Positions 57,825-64,000 of a stretch of DNA of 64,000 nt are shown in pieces; position 1 is the first letter of the stretch, and each line of letters opens with the position of its first letter. Below the pieces are notes generated by a model. That model worked only from the letters and a program-made list of their open reading frames with translations, was not told the DNA's origin and searched no databases. Origin of the DNA: Candidatus Multivorans sp. (lineage in GTDB: Bacteria > Acidobacteriota > Thermoanaerobaculia > Multivoradales > Multivoraceae); NCBI GenBank assembly GCA_965224025.1, contig OZ245033.1, positions 480,001 to 544,000 on the forward strand. The letters are read 5' to 3'. The position numbers and the translations under genes are program-made.

Positions 57825-59363
57825 ATGAGCTGGACAGTTGTGAACTCGCGCGAACCCAGGGAGCTGGAACTCCTATACCGCCTGAGCCAGACGCTCGGTG
57901 AAAGCCTCGAGCTGCGCGACGTGACCCAGCCCGCGCTCTCCACGCTGGCGGAGCACCTGAACCTGAAGCACGGCACGATCACGCTGCTGAACCGGAAGAC
58001 CGGCGAGATCCACATCGAGGTCGCCCACGGATTGAGCGGCCAGCAGACCTCCCAGGTCCGCTATCGCCTGGGCGAGGGCGTCACCGGCAAAGTGATCGAG
58101 ACCGGCGAGCCCGAAGTGATCCTGAAGACGAGTGAGTCCGAGACCTTCCTCGACCGCACCCGCCGCGGCAAGAGCGCGGAGGTCTCCTTCCTCTGCGTGC
58201 CCATTCGCACGGGCAACGAGACCTACGGCGCGCTCAGCGTCGATCGGTCCTACGATCCGGACCACGATCTGAATGGCGACGTCCGCGTGCTCCTGATCGC
58301 CGGCGCCCTGATCGCGCAGGCGGTCAAGCTGCGCCGCACCGCGGAGGAGGAAAAGGAGCAACTCGAGGAGGAGAACGAGCGCCTGCGCGCCCAGCTCCGC
58401 GACCGCTTCCGGCCCGCCAACATCGTCGGCAACTCGCACGAAATGCAGGAGGTGTACGACCAGATCGCCACCGTCTCCGGCAGCAACACGAGCGTTCTGA
58501 TCACCGGCGAGACGGGAACCGGCAAGGAGCTCGTGGCGCAGGCGATCCACTACGACAGCGCCCGCGCCACCAAGCCGTTCGTCAAGGTCCACTGCGCGGC
58601 GCTGCCCGAGAGCGTGATCGAGAGCGAGTTGTTCGGCCACGAGCGCGGCGCCTTCACCGGCGCGATCCACCAACGCAAGGGCCGCTTCGAACTCGCCCAC
58701 ACCGGCACCATCTTCCTGGACGAAGTCGGCGACGTGCCTCTGCTGATCCAGATCAAGATGCTGCGGGTGCTGCAGGAGCGGGAGTTCGAACGAGTCGGCG
58801 GCAGCCGGACCCTGAAGGCGGACGTACGGATCATCGCCGCCACCAACAAGGACCTGTCCCACATGACCGCGCACGGCGCTTTCCGGGAGGATCTGTTCTA
58901 CCGCCTGAACGTGTTCCCCATCCACGTGCCGCCGCTGCGCAAGCGCAAGTCGGACATCGTCCAGTTGGCCGACTTCTTCCTGGAGCGTTACGCGCGCGCC
59001 AACGGCGCCAACGTGCGCCGGCTCTCAAGCGCCGTGATCGACATGTTGATGAGCTATCACTGGCCCGGCAACGTGCGGGAGCTCGAGAGCTGCATTGAAC
59101 GCGCGGTCCTGGTGGCAAGGAACGACGTGATCCACCCCCACCACCTGCCGCCGACCCTTCAGACCGCGGAGAGTTCCGGCACCGAGCCGCCGGGCAGCTT
59201 CCGCTACCTGATCGAGAACTACGAGCGCGACCTGCTGCGCGACGCCCTGAAGAGTGCCCGCGGAAACGTCGCCGAGGCGTCGCGCAAACTGCGCACCACG
59301 CCGCGGATCACCGGCTACAAGATCAAGAAGTACGGCATCGACGCGAACCGCTACGCCGGCTAG
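57825..59363 (+). CDS. Sigma54-dependent activator, GAF-AAA-Fis HTH (NifA-like architecture)
   Basis: GEGVTG, GETGTGKE, ESELFGHERGAFTGA, FLDEVG, WPGNVREL; start uncertain. Confidence 0.93.
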   Translation: MSWTVVNSREPRELELLYRLSQTLGESLELRDVTQPALSTLAEHLNLKHGTITLLNRKTGEIHIEVAHGLSGQQTSQVRYRLGEGVTGKVIETGEPEVILKTSESETFLDRTRRGKSAEVSFLCVPIRTGNETYGALSVDRSYDPDHDLNGDVRVLLIAGALIAQAVKLRRTAEEEKEQLEEENERLRAQLRDRFRPANIVGNSHEMQEVYDQIATVSGSNTSVLITGETGTGKELVAQAIHYDSARATKPFVKVHCAALPESVIESELFGHERGAFTGAIHQRKGRFELAHTGTIFLDEVGDVPLLIQIKMLRVLQEREFERVGGSRTLKADVRIIAATNKDLSHMTAHGAFREDLFYRLNVFPIHVPPLRKRKSDIVQLADFFLERYARANGANVRRLSSAVIDMLMSYHWPGNVRELESCIERAVLVARNDVIHPHHLPPTLQTAESSGTEPPGSFRYLIENYERDLLRDALKSARGNVAEASRKLRTTPRITGYKIKKYGIDANRYAG

Positions 59364-59427
59364 GAGTCGAGTCGCGGCGTCCGCGCCGCGCTGACGCAGA
59401 GGAAACAGGGCGTGTTCCATGCAAGCG
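59360..59427 (+). repeat. Second repeat family, copy B (starts at the CTAG containing the stop codon)
   Basis: CTAGGAGTCGAGTCGCGGCGTCCGCGCCGCGCTGACGCA identical to 47079-47117. Confidence 0.85.
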
Positions 59428-59645
59428 TGCGCCACAGAACATGGGGTACGCCGATCTTCCTGCCGCGCACGCTGCTAGCGCCGCAGATCGCCGTGTGCGC
59501 CCACGTTTGTCTCCCCTTCATGCGGCCTGCAACAAAATTGTACGAATCAGGTGTGACTCCTGATCAAGACCGGCCACAACACCACGGGGGCGAAGCCCCT
59601 GACGCGTAACGGTTTGACGCCGCAACAGCCGGCGCCGGCCGCGGT

Positions 59646-59661
59646 TGGCACCCGTGTTGCT
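59646..59661 (+). promoter_or_regulatory. Sigma54 -24/-12 promoter
   Basis: TGGCAC-CCGTG-TTGCT, 44 bp upstream of the porin ATG and next to a sigma54 activator gene. Confidence 0.85.
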
Positions 59662-59704
59662 ACCCCACGCGCTACCAGCAACCATGCCCTAGAGGAGGTC
59701 ACCA

Positions 59705-60397
59705 ATGATCGGGAAATCAGCAATCTTCGTTTTACTCGCTCTGCTCAGCCTGGCCGCCGCCCCGGCGTCGGCCGACGCTGAATACGCCCTCGACTTCGCG
59801 TCGGCCTACGTCTGGCGCGGAATCACCTTCACCGACGGCGCGGTGTTCCAGCCCTCCGTCACCGCCTCGAACGACAGCGGCTTCGCCATCAACGTCTGGG
59901 GCAGCCTCGACATCGACGACGCGAACGACATGAGCGGCGAGTTCAACGAGATCGATCTCACCGCCTCCTACGGCTTCGGTTCGGACGCCGTCTCGGCCGA
60001 AGTCGGGTTCATCGAGTACCTGTTTCCGAACACGCCCTTCGACGGCACCCGTGAGGTCTATCTGACCGTCGGCTGGGACATCACCGCCTCGCCCAGCGTT
60101 TCGCTCTACTACGACATCGACGAGGTCAAGGACTTCTACGCGAACGTCGGCGTCTCGTTCGGCGGCGACGTGAGCGACGCTCTGGCCTGGAGCATCGACG
60201 TCTCGGCCGGCCACGCCGGCGACGACTTCGCCGCGGCCTACGACGGCCTTTCCGGCGGCATGTACGACGGCAACGTCACCTTCGGCCTCTCCGGCGGCGC
60301 GTGGTCCGCGTTCGTCAGCTACGTCGACGCTCTGGACAGCGACGCGCTGCCGGAACAGCCGGTCGACTTCCTGGCCGGAATCGGTTTTTCTTTCTAG
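59705..60397 (+). CDS. TorF/TIGR02001-like outer-membrane beta-barrel protein
   Basis: Signal peptide, SAYVWRG, QPS, EIDL..SY, terminal Phe; RBS GAGGAGG. Confidence 0.8.
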   Translation: MIGKSAIFVLLALLSLAAAPASADAEYALDFASAYVWRGITFTDGAVFQPSVTASNDSGFAINVWGSLDIDDANDMSGEFNEIDLTASYGFGSDAVSAEVGFIEYLFPNTPFDGTREVYLTVGWDITASPSVSLYYDIDEVKDFYANVGVSFGGDVSDALAWSIDVSAGHAGDDFAAAYDGLSGGMYDGNVTFGLSGGAWSAFVSYVDALDSDALPEQPVDFLAGIGFSF

Positions 60398-60551
60398 AGC
60401 GGTCGGCGCTCCGCGGCGCGTTGTTGTCCGCGGGTCAGAACCCGGGTGGCGCGATCCGCGCCACCCGTGAACCAGTCCGGGCGCCCGTCAGCGGGCGCAC
60501 GGATGGCAGACCCGCGGCTACATCCGCTACGCCAGTCCCCGGGCGCAACCA

Positions 60552-60585
60552 GGCGCCCGAAGCTCGACGAGCTTCGGGCGCTTTC
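60552..60585. terminator. Strong hairpin between convergent genes
   Basis: GCGCCCGAAGCTC-GAC-GAGCTTCGGGCGC-TTT. Confidence 0.6.
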
Positions 60586-60588
60586 CCG

Positions 60589-61410
60589 TCATCGACCGGT
60601 GAACTGCGGCGCCCGCTTCTCCATGAAGGCCGTGACGCCCTCGCGGTGGTCGTCGGTCTCGCCGCAACGGATGTGCGAGATCGCCTCCCGGTCGAGGATG
60701 GACCGGAAGTCCTGCGTGACCGCCAAGTTTACGTTCTCCTTCATCCAGCGGTAACTAACCAGCGGCCCGTGGGCGAGCCGCGACGCGAACTCCATCCCTT
60801 CGGCGTGAAAGCTCTCCGCATCGTAGACGCGGTTCACCAAGCCGATTCGCCGTGCCTCTTCGGCATCGATGATGTCGGCCGTGAAGAACAGTTCCTTGGC
60901 GATCGCCGGGCCGACCAGGCGGGTCAACTGCCAGGTCGTCCCCCAGTCGCCGCCGAAGCCGACCTTCGAGTATGCGGTGCCGAACTTCGCCGTGCTCGAG
61001 GCCAGCCGCAGATCGCAGCTTGCCGCCAGGCCGAGACCGGCGCCCATGGCGAAGCCGTTGACCAGGGCGATCGTGACCTTGGGAACGGAGTGAACGAGCC
61101 AGGCGGCCTCCTGACCTTGCCGCAGACCGTCGATCCGCTCTTCGAGCGTCGCCGGAGCGCGGCCGCTCGACTTGCCCATGCCGGAGACGTCACCGCCGGC
61201 GCAGAAGGCGCGGCCTTCGCCGGTCAGCACAATCGTGCCGACATCGGGATCGGCCGCCAGCCGCGGCAGCTCCTCGTGGAGGCCGCTGGTGATCTCGGCG
61301 GACAGGGCGTTCAGCTTCTTGGGACGGTTGAACGTCAATAGGGCGACGCGATCCTGGACGTCGACCCGCAAGTCCGGTTCGGGAGTGCTCTTCATCTCGG
61401 CCACGGTCAT
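60589..61410 (-). CDS. Enoyl-CoA hydratase/isomerase
   Basis: NRPKKLNAL, AFCAGGD, NGFAMGAG, DHREGVTAFMEKRAPQFTGR. Confidence 0.93.
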   Translation of the reverse strand: MTVAEMKSTPEPDLRVDVQDRVALLTFNRPKKLNALSAEITSGLHEELPRLAADPDVGTIVLTGEGRAFCAGGDVSGMGKSSGRAPATLEERIDGLRQGQEAAWLVHSVPKVTIALVNGFAMGAGLGLAASCDLRLASSTAKFGTAYSKVGFGGDWGTTWQLTRLVGPAIAKELFFTADIIDAEEARRIGLVNRVYDAESFHAEGMEFASRLAHGPLVSYRWMKENVNLAVTQDFRSILDREAISHIRCGETDDHREGVTAFMEKRAPQFTGR

Positions 61411-61639
61411 CTCGCGTTTCTCCTGGCTCCTGTTTCTCAGAGGAAGACCCGGAGTGTAGCCCGTCGAAGCGGATGCCGGCCTACGGCCGGCACGTTTTTT
61501 CTGGCCGCCCGCTTACGGGCGACGCCGCCAAGCGGCGAAACCCGTTGGAAACCAGCCGCCGGCCATAGGCCGGCGACCTTCTCTCATCGCGGCGCGCCAC
61601 ACGCGAACCAATGCGTGCGCCCGTTGGGGCGCACGCATT

Positions 61640-61664
61640 GGAACACTTCGCGCGCTCGCGCGTT
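61640..61664 (+). promoter_or_regulatory. Putative ECF-sigma autoregulatory promoter
   Basis: GGAAC-N16-CGTT directly upstream of the ECF sigma gene. Confidence 0.6.
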
Positions 61665-61675
61665 GTAAGGGTGAA

Positions 61676-62341
61676 ATGCCGGTGGCCGCTCTCAGGCCCG
61701 ACCCGCTGGCGGTGCCGACGAAGCTCCGAAGCACCCCGGCGAAGATGACCGCCCCTGCCGGCGCGGCCCCCAGGGACCGCGCTGCGGACGACGGACGGCT
61801 CATGGCGCGTGTCAAGCAGGGCGACGAGCAGGCGTTCGCCGACTTGGTGGAGCGCTACAAGAACCGCCTCGTGAACTACCTGACCCAGATGACCCGCAGC
61901 CGCGAACGCGCCGAAGATCTGGCCCAGGACGCCTTCGTACGCGTCTACCGTTCGGCGGGCCGCTACCGGGAACGGGGCCAGTTCCAGGCGTACCTGTTCC
62001 GCATCGCCACGAACCAGCTTCGCAGCGAGGAACGCAAAGCCGCCCGCTGGCGCGGACTGCTGCCATCCCTGGCGGCGGAACACCGGCACCGTGCGCCGGT
62101 CCCCTCGCCGCAAAGAACAGCCCTGGGCGCCGAGGCGGTGGACGCCGTCACCAGAGCCATCCGACGGCTACCCCTTCACTACCGTGCACCGGTCGTGCTG
62201 AGGGAGATCGAAGGCTGGCCATACGCCCGCATTGCCAAGACGCTCGGGTGCCGAGAAGGAACAGTCAAGTCGAGGGTCCACCGCGGCAAGAACCTGCTTC
62301 GCGAAGACTTGTGCGAGTACTGGAACGGAGGACAGAGATGA
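61676..62341 (+). CDS. ECF RNA polymerase sigma factor
   Basis: AEDLAQDAF, YLFRIATN, LREIEG..Y..IA..LG...GTVKSRVHRG. Confidence 0.93.
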   Translation: MPVAALRPDPLAVPTKLRSTPAKMTAPAGAAPRDRAADDGRLMARVKQGDEQAFADLVERYKNRLVNYLTQMTRSRERAEDLAQDAFVRVYRSAGRYRERGQFQAYLFRIATNQLRSEERKAARWRGLLPSLAAEHRHRAPVPSPQRTALGAEAVDAVTRAIRRLPLHYRAPVVLREIEGWPYARIAKTLGCREGTVKSRVHRGKNLLREDLCEYWNGGQR

Positions 62342-62769
62342 AGGACTCTGACGGAGTCCATCGCGGACTCCCGGATCTGAAACGCCTGCCCCGCGTCGAT
62401 GCTTCGGCGGACTTCACCGCCGGGGTTCTACGGCGTGTCCGGACCGATGAAGCCCGCCGGCCTGTGCCGCGTTTGCGTCTGGCCGTCGCCTGCGTCGCGG
62501 TCGTCGTCGCCTCGGCCGCCGCCGGTGCCTGGTGGGCACGGCAGTCGGCGCCGGAACCGGCGCCGATCACGGCTGAAAGCATCGAGCAATTCAAGTTCGA
62601 GCATCAGGAGCTGATCCAGGAACTGGAGTCCCTGCGCCGCCTCGCCGAAGACACCCAGCCCTTCGTGCCGGTGTCCATCGATCCTCAGACTGAGGTCCTC
62701 TTCGACCTGCGTGACATCGAACCGCTTCCCGTTCGCTACGCGGCTGCTTCCAGCCGGAGAATTCAATAG
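62338..62769 (+). CDS. Putative single-TM anti-sigma factor
   Basis: ATGA-coupled to the sigma gene; DFTAGVL, one TM helix, short periplasmic coil. Confidence 0.7.
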   Translation: MKDSDGVHRGLPDLKRLPRVDASADFTAGVLRRVRTDEARRPVPRLRLAVACVAVVVASAAAGAWWARQSAPEPAPITAESIEQFKFEHQELIQELESLRRLAEDTQPFVPVSIDPQTEVLFDLRDIEPLPVRYAAASSRRIQ

Positions 62770-62779
62770 GAGATCCGTT

Positions 62780-63664
62780 ATGACCACGACCCGTTTCTTC
62801 GTTCCCCGTCTGCCATCGGGCACCGCCCGCCGACCCACCCTCGCGACGCTCCTGGCCGCGGCCCTGGCCTTGGGCTTCGGCCCCGCGACCTTCGCGCAGG
62901 AAGCCGAAGAAGAGGAGCGCTCCGTCCGCGTCATGGTGCTCGGAGACGGGCAGGTCGAGGTCCTGGAGGATGCCGAGAACGCCCGCGTCCTGGCAGTCAA
63001 GCTCGCCGCTTCGGCCCAGGAGGCTCAGGTGAAGGCCCGGGAGATGGCCCATCGGTTCCAGCCGACACTCGCCCTTCATTGGGGCGGCGCCTATCTGGGA
63101 GTCGAACTCGTCAATCTGAACGAGCCGCTGCGAGCCCACTTCGGAGTCCCCGAAGGCAGCGGAGTCCTGGTTTCCAACGTCGTCGAGGGCAGCCCGGCGG
63201 CCCGCGCAGGTGTCCTGGTCGGCGACATCCTGACCGGCTTTGACGGCGAGGACGTAGCGAGTTCCCGGCGACTCACCTCAATGGTCCGGCGCGCCGAGGC
63301 CGGCGACCCTGCCGATCTTGAGATCTGGCGCGACGGCAAGGTCGAGACGCTCAGCACGACCCTGGACGAACGACCTCGCCCCGACCTCAGAGCGGATTCC
63401 TTCTCCTTCTCCTTCCGTGGCCGTGAGGATCTTGACGGCGACGGCGAGGTCGACGTGTTCGTAGGACCCGAGGACGTGCACGAGAAGATCCAGGAGTACT
63501 TCAACGGCGACGAGTGGAAGGAGCGCCACGAACACGTGCAGCGTTTCCTCCACGAGCGGCGCCCCGACATGACAGCACTGGAGGAGCGCCTTGAGACCTT
63601 GAAGAAGCGGCTGGCAGAGCTAGAACAGCGGCTGGAAGACAGGCGCCCCAACAACGAGAACTAG
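62780..63664 (+). CDS. Secreted PDZ-domain protein with coiled-coil tail
   Basis: YLGVEL..L...LRAHFG, GVLV..V..GSPAARAGV..GDIL; no protease domain. Confidence 0.85.
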   Translation: MTTTRFFVPRLPSGTARRPTLATLLAAALALGFGPATFAQEAEEEERSVRVMVLGDGQVEVLEDAENARVLAVKLAASAQEAQVKAREMAHRFQPTLALHWGGAYLGVELVNLNEPLRAHFGVPEGSGVLVSNVVEGSPAARAGVLVGDILTGFDGEDVASSRRLTSMVRRAEAGDPADLEIWRDGKVETLSTTLDERPRPDLRADSFSFSFRGREDLDGDGEVDVFVGPEDVHEKIQEYFNGDEWKERHEHVQRFLHERRPDMTALEERLETLKKRLAELEQRLEDRRPNNEN

Positions 63665-63691
63665 GCCGCCACACCTTTCTCCAAGGGCGCG

Positions 63692-64000
63692 CTAGTCCTG
63701 CTCGAGACCGACACGGCGCCGAAGGGCACCTAGCAGCTCGAGATGCCCTTGGCCATGGTCATGATGTCGGGATCGATGCTGAAGTGGTCCATGGCGCACC
63801 ACTTGCCGGTGCGGCCGAACCCGGTGATGATCTCGTCGGTGATGATCAGCAAGCCGTAGCGGTCGCAGATTTCCCGGATCGGCGATGGAGGGGTGCGTGT
63901 AGGCGTAGTTCTCGAGCTGGGCCGCGATGGCCCGCTTCATCCTCGGGTGGTTGTGCGGCAGGTTGACCGCGATCGGCCCGCCCGAGGCATCGAAGTAGCG
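63692..64000 (-). pseudogene. Class III aminotransferase remnant
   Basis: RYFDASGG..VNL.H.HP joined out of frame to IREICDRYG..DEIITGFGRTG..PDIMTMAKG; TAG at 63730, truncated at ~63692. Confidence 0.85.

Noticed and set aside
57825-59363. nifA / nitrogen fixation
   Set aside because: The domain architecture is shared by many sigma54 activators and no nif genes are present.

Overview
This is a high-GC bacterial chromosomal window whose gene content resembles Acidobacteriota (inference only). An intact housekeeping backbone (tRNA-Arg(ACG), ileS, PMM/PGM, rlmH, dksA-like, holA-like, mutM, msrA, glmS-like, a sigma54 activator and an ECF sigma cluster) is interleaved with decaying accessory DNA. 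The decaying parts are a decapitated higB, a Rieske-less glutamate-synthase-like gene, a multiply broken sacsin-ATPase/SF2 helicase next to an AAA-DUF4143 gene with 23-bp tandem repeats, a group II intron fragment, several IS remnants, and GST and aminotransferase pseudogenes. The strongest signal is an IS110 element (54737-56446) inserted into one copy of a dispersed REP-like palindrome. Its 400-nt 5' non-coding region contains a readable bridge RNA: one loop matches the flanking target (CCGGCGTA-CC-CAGC), a second loop matches the element's own joined ends (GTGGAGAGT-CC-TGTAC), and joining the ends creates a TTGCTA-N17-TACCTT promoter. An extra ~200-nt multi-hairpin domain lies in front of it. 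All calls come from reading motifs by eye; no database searches were run.
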